Shown here piece by piece: positions 52,581 to 64,000 of a DNA stretch of 64,000 bases. Below the pieces are notes generated by a model. That model had not been told where the DNA came from. It ran no database searches and saw only the letters and a list, made by a program, of their open reading frames with translations. The DNA is from Camelus dromedarius (taxonomy: Eukaryota), in NCBI RefSeq assembly GCF_036321535.1, contig NC_087447.1, positions 48,672,001 to 48,736,000 on the forward strand. The letters are read 5' to 3'. The translations under genes and the position numbers were made by a program. Position 1 is the stretch's first letter. Each line of letters opens with the position of its first letter.

Positions 52581-55079
52581 CTGGGAGTTTGCAGTCACAT
52601 TCAGGGGCTCCCTGAGCACTTTGTTTATGCCTCTCTTTTATCAGTTTCCCCTTAATGCTGGGAGCAAAGTCCAGAAATAGAAGTCAGGAGACATAGATTC
52701 TAGCACAGACTCCTGCCGCATGACCTTAAGTATGTCACCTAAATTATCCTGGCCTCTAGGCTAGCAAGAGAGTTCAATAATAGTCCTTTACCATTCATAT
52801 TTTACGAAGTGTTCTCACATCCACTTTTAGTTGAATCCACCAGACCAGACTCTCTAAAGCAAATGAGATAAGGAGATGGAAATGTCTTGAAAGGTTGGAA
52901 GCACCATGCACATGTGAGAGATTATGTAGCACAATACTCATGGTAATGTTGATTCATTCCATTAATGTTTATCGAGCATACATTTTGTGCCCAGCTTTAT
53001 CGTAGTTGATGAGGGCATAGAGATACATTGGACGTGGTCCCTGCCTACACCTTTGCAGTGTTTCTAACGGAGAAAAGATATGCCTGGAGAGTACAATGTG
53101 ATAAAAATTATCAGAGATTTATAAGCAGGGCAGTAACATGAGTGGAAGAAGCCTTGACCTGTGCAGAGGAGGAGCATAGAGGAGTTCAAAGTAAAGCTTC
53201 TTTTATAGGCAGAAAAACTGAAGTGGGTGAGCTAATCCTTGCCCCCATGAAAGCGGAGACTGGGACTTTCTTGTTTGCTGCTGTATTCTTTTACCAAACA
53301 CATTGCCTAATATATGGGTACTCAATCAGTATTTCTTGAATGAATAAATGAATGATAAACCAAGAGCAGAACTGTAAGCTTGTAGCTGTCCCACAGAGAT
53401 CTTTTGAGATCTGTTTATAATCTCATCCTCTCTCCAGCTGAGGGAGATGCACCAAATATTCACATTATAGATCTTTTCTTGAGATTTGACCCGTCTAATC
53501 TCCCAGCAGATTCTGTGGCTGATCTCTGTGTTCCTCTTGTCCCATGTTGAGTCAGTGCTGTAGGGACTCAGGGACCTCACCAAAGAGCTGTCCCAATTGG
53601 CTTATTATTCCCATCAGCATTGTGATAAAGCCCTCTCTTCTCTGAGGCATCTTGGTTGGGGTAGGAGGAGCTGGGCGAGATGTGACTCCTCTACTTCATC
53701 CATGAAGGGGAGCAGAGGCCAGCCACAGAATCACTGGGAAATTAGGGGGGTTTAGTCTCGAAAAAGGATCTAATGTGACTCTCAAAGGGACCAGCTATCG
53801 TGTGAAAAACATGGACTTTGAACTCAGGCAGGTCTTTGTTAAAATCTAGACAGCTCCATGTATTAATTAAATGAATGTTAAGCTATTTCCCCTCTGAGCT
53901 TCTGTTACCTTATCTACAAAGTGAGATTAAAAAAATAATTACCTCAAGAGCTTCTGAAAAGGTAAAATAAGGTAACATGCAAATTCCCAGCACAGTGCCT
54001 GGCAGAGATTGGTTGCTCATCAAGTATTAGTTCTTCTCTTTTTCTTTCCTGTTCACTAATTTCCTTCTCTCCTGCTCCCAGAGCTCATTCTCTGTCACAG
54101 TTTAACCACTTTCCACAGAGAGGTTCTCTGATTTCATCCAGGAAGATCATGTTCCTGGTTTCTTAGCGACACCTGAAAGAGGATTCTTTTTCCTACACAA
54201 GGCTGGCTGAAAGCCTTGCTTTTCTATTTCCCCTTTGCCTAAACAAATATGTTGGCTATTACCACTCCAGTGAGAGGAGAGACCAGACTCACCAGTGCCA
54301 GAAAAAAAAAAAAAAAAAAAAAAGCAAAAGTCACACTCCCAGGACAGGCTTAGTTATACCCACAAGGCTCCCCGGCCCCCCCAAAAAACATGTTGAGTCA
54401 GAGTGACAGCACTGCTTCCTTCTTGGCAGGGCTGTACATTTTTTGATCATGACCCGTCCTGGGGAAGGTGAAAAGGGTAGGGTGAAGACCACCTGCTATC
54501 CACAAAATCCACTTTCTTCCTTATAATCATGGTTTATCTGAGACCTGACTGCCCAGATTGGGACTTCACTTGCCAGCCCCCTTTGCAGCCAGTGTTGACC
54601 ACGTTACTGAGCCGTTGTCAATGGGTGTGAGCAGATGGGATGTAAACAGCTTTTGCTTTACTTGCGTTTGAGTAAATCTCTGGCCCTGGAATTCTGTTCT
54701 GTCTCTCTCTTAACTAACTAGAAGTACTTCAATCAGAGTGAACTTAGAAGCTACATGTTGAAGGTGGCAGTCATTATCCCAGGTCCGTGAGTAGAGCAGA
54801 GCCATTCACCTACTTGGAATGTTGCCTTGGACCATACTATACTGGACCTTCTAATCAAATCCTACCTCAAATCCCCAGGAAACATCCGTGATATGTCCCT
54901 TGACTATCATGTTCAATATTTGTTCCCCACATTTTCTGGTATTTAACTATACTGTTTCCTACTTGGTTCTATTTGGTGTTATATTGTTTTGTTCTTTATT
55001 TAGCATATGCTTCTTGTCTCTTAAGCTGGGAGATCCCAAGATGTGACACTCTGCTTCTGCTCCCATTTCCCCAATAGCA

Positions 55080-55735
55080 CAGCTGTTGTGGATGCTGACG
55101 GAGCCCCCATGTTGTCCTCCTTCCCCAGCTGCTGTGAGTGTTGTGTGCCATCAGCTCAGAGCTGCCTCCTTGTCCAGAGTTTTGGCCTCAGCCAAATATG
55201 AGCACCCCTGGGATGTTAAGGGTCCCCTCTAGCAGCCAGCAGTCAATGATGACTGACATGGGGGAGAAAAGGATAGCCTCAAAAGGCGGGGCTGATTCTG
55301 TGATGAAAATTGAGCTTCAGAACCTTCCTAAGGAATCAGGCTTTTGCAAATCACCAACCAAGACAACTGCTCTAGCCTGCAGTAGCCCACAGGCGCCACT
55401 CTTCTCCAGATACCTGCTCTCAGCTGATGGGAACCTCCTGGCACCCCTTCTCTCATCCCCTCTCCCCACCAGGGTGGCCCACAACCAATGACTGACTGAT
55501 ATGGGGCATAAGAGGCTGGTCCCCTTGCCTCAAGGGGCTGTAATTCTGTTATGCTGTTTTTGCCCCACTTTCCTGGGGATCAAGCCACAGCTAGATGTGA
55601 CCTAACATAACACATACCTTGTTTATCGTGTTCCTTTTCCTCTCTACTCACTCTCTCTCTGGCAAGTTTCCTCTGAAAAGTGCTCCCTCAGTAAATGCAT
55701 ATCTCAGGCTTTGCTTCTAAGAAAACAGACTTCAG
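55080..55735 (+). mobile_element. ERVL LTR16-like LTR
   Basis: tgtggatgctg...ccaatgactgactgatatggggcataagaggctgg...tctcaggctttgcttctaagaa. Confidence 0.55.
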
Positions 55736-55875
55736 TCTACTGGTGTCAGTACTCTGCCATCATCTTCCCAAATCATTTTCCCAGTCATCTCAAATCCATG
55801 CTTTGTGCTGGGTATGCCTTGGCGCTAAAATTAGGCTGAGGGTGCACAAGGGGCTATATGAAGAATAAGTGGCTC

Positions 55876-57570
55876 CAAAGCAATCTACAGATTTAATATG
55901 ATCCCTATCAAACTACCCAGGACATTTTTTTTTCACAGAACTAGAGCAAATAATCCTAAAATTTATATAGAATCACAGAAGCCCCAGAATTGCCAAAGCA
56001 GTACTGAAGAAAAAGAATGAGGCTGGAGGAATAACCCTCTTAGACTTCAGACAATACTACAGAGCTACAGTAATCAAAACAGCATGTCACAAAAAACAAA
56101 CATATGGATCAATGGAACAGAAAAGAGCCCAGAAATAAACCAACACACCTACAGTAAATTAATCTTTGATGAAGGAGGCAAGAATGTACAGTGGAGAAAA
56201 GACAGTCTCTTCAGCAAGTGGTGTTGGGAAAGCTGGACAGCTGCATGTAAATCAATGAAGTTAGAATACTCCCTCACACCAGACACAAAAATAAATTCAA
56301 ATGGCTTAAAGACTTAAACATAGGACAAGACACAATAAATCTCCCAGAAAAAAACATAGGCAAAACATTCTCTGACATAAATCTTAGCAATGATCTCCTA
56401 GGGCAGTCTACCCAGGCAATAGAAATAAAAGCAAAAACAAACAAATGTGATGTAATTAAACTTGTAAGCTTTTGCACAGCAAAGGAAATTATAAACAAAA
56501 CAAAAAGATAACCTACAGAATGGGAGAAAATATTTGCAAACAATGTGACTGATAAGAGCTTAATTTTCAGAATATACGAACAGCTTATACAACTCAATAA
56601 CAAAAAAGCAAACAACCTAATCAAGAAATGGGCAGAAGACCTAAACAAACATTTCTCCAATGAAGACATACAGATGGCCAATAGACACATGAAAATGCTC
56701 AGTATCACTAATTATCAGAGAAATGCAAATCAAAAGTACAATGAGGGATCACCTCACACCAGTCAGAATGCCCATCATTACAAAGTCCACAAAGGATAAA
56801 TGCTGGAGAAGGTGTGGAGAAAAAAAGAACCCTCCTACAGTGTGGTGAGAATGTAGTTTGTTGCAGTCACTATGAAAAACAGTATGGAGATTCCTTAAAA
56901 AACTAGAAATAGACTTACCAAATGATCCAGCTATCCCACTCCTGGGCATATATCCAGAGAGAACCATAATTCAAAAAGATACATACACCCCAATGTTCAT
57001 AGCTATTTACAGTAGCCAAGACATAGAAGCAACCTAAATGTCCATCAACAGATGACTGGATAAAGAAGCTGTGGTTTATGTATATGCTGGAACACTACTC
57101 AGCCATGAAGAAGGGTAAAATAATGCCATTTGCAGCAACATGAATGAACCTGGAGATGGTCATTCTAAGTGAAGCCAGAAAGAGAAAGAAAAATACCATA
57201 TGGTATCACTTATATGTGGAATCTAAAAAATGAGACAAGTGAACTTATTTACAAAATGGAAACAGACTCACAGACATATAAAACAAACGTACAGTTACCA
57301 GTGGGGAAAAGGTGGGGTGGAGGGATAAAATGGGAATTTGAGATTTGTAGATACTAACTACTATCCAAAAAATAGATAAACAACAAGGTCCTACTGTGTA
57401 GCACCGAGAACTATATTAAATACCTTGTAATAGCCTATAATGAAAAGAATATGAAAAGGAATATATATATGAATATATATATCTATATATATCTATATCT
57501 GAATCACTGTGCTATACACCAGAAGTTAACACAACATTATAAACCAACTATACATCAATAAAAAAATAAA
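55876..57570 (+). mobile_element. ~1.7 kb 5'-truncated L1 (ORF2 C-terminus plus 3'UTR), relatively young, camelid/artiodactyl type
   Basis: ORFs 56084 ([26 protein letters not shown]) and 56545 ([25 protein letters not shown]) are L1 ORF2 fragments with frameshifts; A-tail; degenerate TSD aagaataagtggctc / aaaataaataggctc. Confidence 0.92.
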
Positions 57571-57984
57571 TAGGCTCTACTGAAGTAGTTGAAAGGAATA
57601 CCTACTAAATAGGGATGTTATGCAAGTTTTCAAAGCTAAATGAGTTAATGTGTGTAAAATGCTTAGGCTACTGCCTGATATGTAGTGTCTTAAGTATTTT
57701 AAGTGGTCTTAAGTATTAGGGCAGGGATTTATTTGATCTTTTTCATTTGCTTATGCATTCTAAGTGTGCCTAGATGAGTCCGTGGCACGTAGTAGGCACT
57801 CAATAAATCTGAGTGATTATTGAAGTTTTGCTTTGAAGACTCAAGGTGACATGCTGGGATCTGGCCAGCAGAGGGCAGAACTGGTGCAGCCAAAAGAGCC
57901 TAACTGTTGAAGGAGGTAGTGGGATAGCGCTGCCAGGAGGGCCATCGTACATCATGCATCGTAAAATATTAGAATGTTTAAATT

Positions 57985-60389
57985 GTACCTTAAAATCCTA
58001 GATTTTTATTTAGTTCAATCTTGAGTGTACATGAGGTATACTGAGCCCCTGCTTTGTAAATTTAAACAAGCAAGCAGTTCCAGGCAGATCCCTGGTATCT
58101 GTATCTTCTCTTTTGAGCTTGTGATGAACCCATACTCCTCTCAATAAATCCCCTTTTGTGCTTATGCTAATAATACACATTCGATTTCTGTAACTTGCAA
58201 GAGAAAGAATTTGTATTACTTTATTATCAAGCCCTGTGAGTATAAGAACTGTGTGCAAGGGAGTCTCCCCCATAGGTTTCCCACTGCGGGCCCTTTAGGC
58301 TGCCTCCTGCTCTGCCTACCAGCCAACTTGCTCTCTTCAGGAGGATGGTCTTACCACATTTCTGCCTCCAAGCTTCGTCTTATTCCTTCATTCACTCTGC
58401 CTGCTTAGATCTGTATTATCTTTCAAAGCCCAGTTCAAATTCTACCTTCCTCTGACTCTTCTAGATCTACTCAATCCTATTTCTCAAAATCCTGGTAGCA
58501 TCCATCACCTGACATTTATTCTTAGACTTGATGGCATTCCGTATTTTATTTGGGCGTCTGGTCTGGGTGGTCTGACTTCCAAGTCTGTTGTCTACCCATA
58601 TGTCACATCTCCTTAAGCAGATCTCCACCTTCTCCCTCAAGGAGACATGAGGAAAGGCTTGAGCATATGTGGGGCTTAGCACATTCACAAGGAATCAACA
58701 CAACTAACTGCTCACAGGAGCCAATGCTCTGTGATCTTCCATTCAAGAAACACACAGGCATTTATTTTTATTTTTCAAAGTGGAAGTAGCTTTTCCCACC
58801 TTATTATACAAGAAATACATTCATAGTCAAACAAATCAAATATTACATAAATTTTTAAAGTAGAAAGGGAAAATCACCCGTAATCCTTCTCTTCAGAGAT
58901 AAGTGCTATCGTAATATTCTTTCAGAGTTTTTGCTAAACACAAATATGTATGTTTTAATGGGGCTTTCTAGAGACCCCATGGAGATTCCTTACAAATAGA
59001 AATCAAACAGAACAGTGGGAGGTTCCAGCCTGGGATTTGTAGCTTGTAAAGTATTTACCTGCCACATTTCACGTATTCAGCTGAACCGCATGAAAGTACT
59101 GTTATTCAGCTGTTTTTGACCTACAAGTTTTGTATGGTTCAGATCAATGTATGTTCAGATCAATGTATGTGAAGCCTAGAATGTCAGATCTGGTAGAGTC
59201 CTCAGAGACTTTCAATTGTTTCAACTTTCTAACTATTTCACAGTGCCAAAGAGGGAAAAGAGGCAGAGAGAGAAATGTCTAGCCAGTTTATTATACACCA
59301 CACTCATGGTAGAATCAGGGCTGGTTCTCTCTCCAATGAATCAGGCACCTGCCTTTTCATGTTGTTTCTTTTAATATAGCAATCTTCTATGTGTGATCTA
59401 TGTGTGATAATAATCTTCTAGATGCAGATTTCAACTTGGTATCAAAAGTTCTCACAGAATTCAATCAAAATGTTGAAGGCTGCCTTAGAGGTAGTGAAGT
59501 CCCCATGCTTGGAGTGTGGCTGGGAAGGGCACTGGGACATGGCTGGAGGGGCACAGGAACCTCGGAGCTAATGAGGCTTAACAATCAGGGCCCTGTACTC
59601 ATGTGGCTCTTTCTTAAGGTCTTAGGAGGGGCCCTAACAATGTATTAACATGGTAATATATTTTTGTAATATTTACAAAATTAAGTTATTTTTAAATTCT
59701 CTTTTTTTTTCAGGAGGACCCCCCAGAATTGTATATGTTTCAGGTCTAGATCCATTCCTGGGTGGCACAGACTTTTGAAAAGCACTAGGCAAGGAGCCCA
59801 GAGTTACTGGGTGCCAGTCATGGGACTGCTCTGGCCCAAATTGACAGAATGGCACTTGCTCTGCTTCCCTCTTGGGAGTAAAATCACAAATATTAAATGG
59901 GTAGGAAAACATCAAATGTGGGCAAATATAAATAAATAACATTACTCAGATTTCCTGTCTGTGATATGGGACAATCACTGCTGCTGCTCATGTTTGTTGA
60001 AGGTCACAAATCAAAAAATGTGTCCTCAGGGCATCTTCCTATTTCATTTCCCTCTAATACAACTTCCTCTTCTCCTTCCTCCAGCTCCAAGCCCCCAGTA
60101 CTCTGGCCACTAAACTACTGATTGGTCATCATATGTTGCTACTTCTATATATTTGTTCATAGGGCTCCCACTGTCTATGAAGTCTATTTTTGCTGGAAAA
60201 AAATCCTTATCTACAAGGCCCAGGTCTCCTAGACCCTCTTCACCTACCCCAATAATGACCTCTCTCAGCAGTTTCTTGTTGATCTTACAGATAAGGACAC
60301 TGAGGCCTGACATGGTCCATAGCTGAGTTCTGGAGGCCCCAGAAGATAATCCTCAGGTGTCTTAATCTGCCATCTCAAGCCTCCTAGCA
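57985..60389 (-). other. KCNE3: Probable KCNE3 3'UTR, with candidate polyA signal AATAAA at 58005-58010
   Basis: Directly follows the stop codon; TTTATT on + at 58005-58010, with alternatives at ~58220, 58515 and 58545; the exact end is uncertain. Confidence 0.5.
59079..59142. mobile_element. MADE2-like mariner MITE remnant in the probable KCNE3 3'UTR
   Basis: ctgaaccgcatgaaa...tgtttttgacctacaa...tatggttcag with inverted ends. Confidence 0.55.
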
Positions 60390-60689
60390 TCAGATCATGG
60401 ACACACGGTTCTTGATGTACACATGATAGGGGTCACTGCGCTTGTCCACTTTGCGGGAGCGGGTGTATCCCAGGATGAGGCTGCCCACAGTGGCAGCAAA
60501 TAGGAACATGACAAAGAGAATGTACATGTAGGAGTTGTCATCACGGCCAGGTAGGCTGGCGCGCCGCTCCTCAGTCAGGTTGTCTGGACTCAGCCGGCAG
60601 AGCAAGTTGCTGTGAAGAGTGGTATTTAGAGCCTTCAGCACAGCATGCAGACTCTTGTACCAGGTCTCAGTACCATTGGTGGTCTCCAT
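60390..60689 (-). CDS. KCNE3: KCNE3, potassium voltage-gated channel subfamily E regulatory subunit 3 (MiRP2), 99 aa
   Basis: METTNGTETW...YMYILFVMFLFAATVGSLILGY (transmembrane)...RSRKVDKRSDPYHVYIKNRVSMI; ATG 60689-60687, TGA 60392-60390; splice acceptor (pyrimidine tract + cag) at 60730, 40 nt upstream of the ATG. Confidence 0.98.
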   Translation of the reverse strand: METTNGTETWYKSLHAVLKALNTTLHSNLLCRLSPDNLTEERRASLPGRDDNSYMYILFVMFLFAATVGSLILGYTRSRKVDKRSDPYHVYIKNRVSMI

Positions 60690-60809
60690 AGCAACAGGGA
60701 TTGAGGTGGGACAAGAATCCAAGGAAACTCTGGTAGTGACAGAAAAGAGAGAGGATGGCTGTTATCTGCAGTGGAATGACCTCCCCACTCATTTAGACTC
60801 CAGCTAAAA

Positions 60810-61180
60810 CCCCAACATCACAGTTTATTCTAACTACTTGTTTACTTGTCTATCTTCTCTACTAGACTGCAAGCCCAAGGAAGGCAGGGACTATGTCTGT
60901 TTTACTCACTGCTATCTGTGAGCACTTATGACAGCACTCAATAGGTGCTCAGTAAATACTTATGGAATAAAGTCCTCCTTGACCATTGTAACCATGTTGA
61001 TCTATCCTTTCTGTGGATTCTGTAAGTCACTGAGCTTTAGGCTGGAAGGACCTTAGGGATTATTTAATCTAATTTCTTCCATTTTACACACAGGGAAACT
61101 GAGGCCCAGAAAGAATAGGTGGCTTGTCTGTGATCATAGAGAATACTGGAGGTAGAGCTGAGATACAGCCTTGCTCACTG
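60810..61180. mobile_element. L2 3' end followed by MIR, in the KCNE3 intron
   Basis: ctagactgcaagccc...ggtgctcagtaaatact; ttttacacacagggaaactgaggcccaga. Confidence 0.7.
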
Positions 61181-63254
61181 ATGGCCAGCTGAGGGCTCCT
61201 TTGGCCTTCACGCTCGTTCTCGGGAGGACTGTGTGGCATCATTAGGAGACACTCCTCGGAACCCTCCCTCAGCACAGTTCTCTTTTGTACTCCACAAACA
61301 CCATGTAGAAGATGTTTGGGGATGGCTTAGATTTCCCCCTACCTGGGGCCAGAGGCTGAATCATTTGACCTCTAAAGCATCCTATGTCCCACTCTAGGTA
61401 TTCCTAAGCTATTGAGGGGAAATTGTGATGGAAAGGAGGTAGCTGGGGAAGCAGAGCGAGGCCAGTAACCGCCGCAGGTACTGGGCCTGAGGGCAGTGGA
61501 GTGAAAGGAGCACTCAGTCTGGTTTGGGATTTTACCTGCCCCAGAGAGAGAAGACACTAGCACCTCAGCTGTCCTGCCTTCCAAAACAACGTCACTGTGT
61601 ACGTGGCATATAATAGGTGATGACAGATGTTCCTTTTCCTTCCTCTCAGAGATCCTTAGTCTACAATGTAGAAGAATAGCTGAAGACAGCCTTGCATCCT
61701 AGTCTCTGGAAAAACATATGTCATTCCTTTTAAACAAGGCTCCACACTCACTTCCTTCAGGAAGCCTTCGTGTGCTCCCACCATACTCCACAAGCTTTAT
61801 CATCGCAGCCTTCCCTTTGCCCCAGTGGTTACATAGAAGGCAACGTGTGGCTGTCCTCTTGCTATTGATAAAGGTTATCAGCAGACCACACGCTCGTGGT
61901 TAACAAGACTGTGACTACCCTCGTTCTCCCTCCCTCAGTGGTCTCCAGTAAAGATGGCCACTTTGGACTTCTCCATAAGCCAAGCACTCCGAGTTCACTG
62001 ACTGGTTCCAAAGCCCTCCTTTATCTAGATAGAGCTGTCAACAAACCAAAGTTAACACATTTGACTATTAATTATAAGATCTCTTCCCCAGAAGAGATGA
62101 CAGTTAGTTATGGCCACAACAAATATCATGAACAACTCTATGAATGCAGGTGTTGGGAGGAAGAATCTAAATAATACAGCATTAACCCAGGACTGGCTCA
62201 CATTTTATGCAAGGCCCTTGGGGCCCCCTGCCATCTAGTACTTGGGCAACCTTGTCTAGATGGAGGAGGGGAAGAGTTGAGTTAAGATCCAGGAGGCATA
62301 AGTTCTTATCTACTGTCCCACTTGTCAGGCAAGAAAGCTGTGCCTTCCTCTTTCCTCATATGGGCCAATGGAAAGCAAGAGCAGCACAATGAAATTAATG
62401 GCTCAATGAATCATCTGGCCAGTCATCATTTATGGAGGCCCACTTTTGGGCAATCTCATCCTGGGGGTTCCAGGAAGCCAGTCCCTGTACTCAGGGGGCA
62501 CATTGCCAGCTCTTAAATAATGTAGGAGACAATCCAGGAGTTACTGGGGCTTAAAGGAAGAAGGGCTCGGAGAGTGTTCACAGTGATGAAAGAATTTGAG
62601 TTGGACCTGGAAGGGTGTTTTGGAAGTAGAGAAGGCAAGGGAAGGAAACAGATGAGCAAAGGCCTGACAACAAGAAAGCACATAAAATGTTTTGAAGAAT
62701 GGAAAGTAGCATAAAGAGGGTGAGATGTGTGGAAGGATAAGTTAGGATGTGGGATGGAGAGACTGGCCCAAACCAGATTATGGAGGGCTGTAAGTGCCAG
62801 GTGGCAGAGTTGGAACTTTATCCTGTAGCTGGGGAAGAACCACGGGATGATATTTTAAAAGGGGATAGTTTTCTGACATTTTAAATGATCAGATCTGTGC
62901 TTGGAAAGGACACCCTGGCTGGTGTGTGAAGTGGGCAGGAATTGAGGCAGGGGGCCCAGTGATAAGGGTCTTGAAATAGCTTAGGTTCAAGTTGCTGAGT
63001 CCTGCGCTGGGGGATGACAAGTTGGGGTGGGACAGTTGGGGGATGTGAGAGGCATTTGGGGGGGGTGTGAGAGGCATTTTTGGGAGGGAATGGCTAATGC
63101 AATGGTTGCAGGAGGAAGGGGCCTCACACAGTTTTACAGGTAGACAACAGACAGGTGGCATAAGTGCTGGAAGAGCTCACTCTGAGGAAATAGATTTCTT
63201 GCCCTGTTTGTACTTCAGTTTCCTTCATCTATCAAAAAAAGATTCTCACCAGCA

Positions 63255-63412
63255 ATTGTTCAATGGGTATTGAGTTTCAGATGAAAAGATCTAGAGATTT
63301 GTTGCATGACAATGTAAATATGGTTAACACTATTGAGGTGTACCATTGAAAATGGTTAGGATGATAAATTTTTTTAAACATATTACAATTTTTAAAAATT
63401 AAAAAAAAAAAT
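63255..63412 (+). mobile_element. L1MB-like 3' tail
   Basis: tgttcaatgggtattgagtttcag...aaaatggttaggatgataaattt plus A-tail. Confidence 0.75.
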
Positions 63413-63729
63413 TATTATCCCTGCTCTGCCTCCCTCCAGGCTTACCTGAGCATATACTTTTATTACAGTGAAGAGGATTTTAAAAATATATTTTAATAAA
63501 AAACATGGTTTCCATTAAAATGATGATCTATTTTTCATTTTTGAGAAGTAAATACCCATACACAGTTAAAAAAAAATTGCAGCTGTACATACAATGAAAA
63601 TGAAGTCTCTCTGTTCCCAGTGGCCCAGGTCTCTTTCACAGGTCACTGTTATCAGTTTTCTTAAATATCCTTGCAAGGGGGTTTGAATTGATGGGCAGAG
63701 GGAGGGCCACCTCAGCCTGAAAGACTCAC

Positions 63730-63863
63730 CAAACAGCAGACAAATTCAGTGGCTCCTAGTCGGCTTCAGGAATCTCCCTGTGGGTGCCCTAAGGCTCCTC
63801 AGCCCCTCAGCTTCTTCAGGATGTCCCTGGACACATCTAGGGTCTCAGTATTGTCTTTGGGAG
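63730..63863 (-). other. KCNE3: Probable non-coding (5'UTR) exon of KCNE3
   Basis: Pyrimidine-rich acceptor ttccttccttttctggcccttctgggccttcctag| and donor TTTG|GTGAGT; would leave a 3.0 kb intron to the coding exon; KCNE genes typically have 5' non-coding exons. Confidence 0.6.
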
Positions 63864-64000
63864 CTAGGAAGGCCCAGAAGGGCCAGAAAAGGAAGGAACC
63901 AGACACACAGAAAAAACTTCAGAACAAGGGTGGATCGCCCAAGGCCAAGCCGGAGGGTTGTGCAATAGCCCTGCTGAGGGTTCTGACCTCCGCCTGCTTC

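Noticed and set aside
56084..57357. ORFs resembling proteins
   Set aside because: Frameshifted fragments of L1 ORF2 and antisense L1; not host genes and not an intact L1.
60690..60722. N-terminal extension of KCNE3 (MDSCPTSIPVA)
   Set aside because: It starts at TTG, not ATG; the known protein starts at METTNG.
1..64000. Prokaryotic-type systems (CRISPR arrays, operons, defence islands, rRNA/tRNA genes)
   Set aside because: The sequence is intron-containing mammalian DNA; I saw no regularly spaced repeat-spacer array or structural RNA gene.

Overview
This is mammalian (eutherian) genomic DNA, not prokaryotic. The left part holds the 5' end of PGM2L1 (glucose-1,6-bisphosphate synthase) on the minus strand: coding exons 1-4 at 19031-19141, 6168-6335, 3851-3957 and 2794-2878. 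All have canonical GT-AG sites and splice into 157 in-frame codons; the gene continues off the left edge. Its CpG-island promoter lies at ~18820-19920. The right part holds KCNE3 (MiRP2 K+ channel beta subunit) on the minus strand: a single coding exon (CDS 60390-60689, 99 aa), a probable ~2.4 kb 3'UTR and a probable non-coding exon at 63730-63863. The introns and the ~38 kb between the genes are mostly interspersed repeats (L1, L2, MIR, ERVL/MaLR LTRs, hAT and TcMar DNA transposons). I see no Alu, BovB/Bov-tA or PRE-1 SINEs, and the youngest L1 3' ends resemble camelid L1, so a camelid is my tentative guess. Repeat family names and most repeat boundaries come from recognition by eye and are approximate. 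I found no convincing new multi-gene system. The best oddities are an apparently non-repeat ~210 bp insert flanked by a perfect 16-bp target-site duplication in PGM2L1 intron 3, candidate uORFs in both genes, paired ZNF143-type promoter motifs and divergent residues in the KCNE3 ectodomain.
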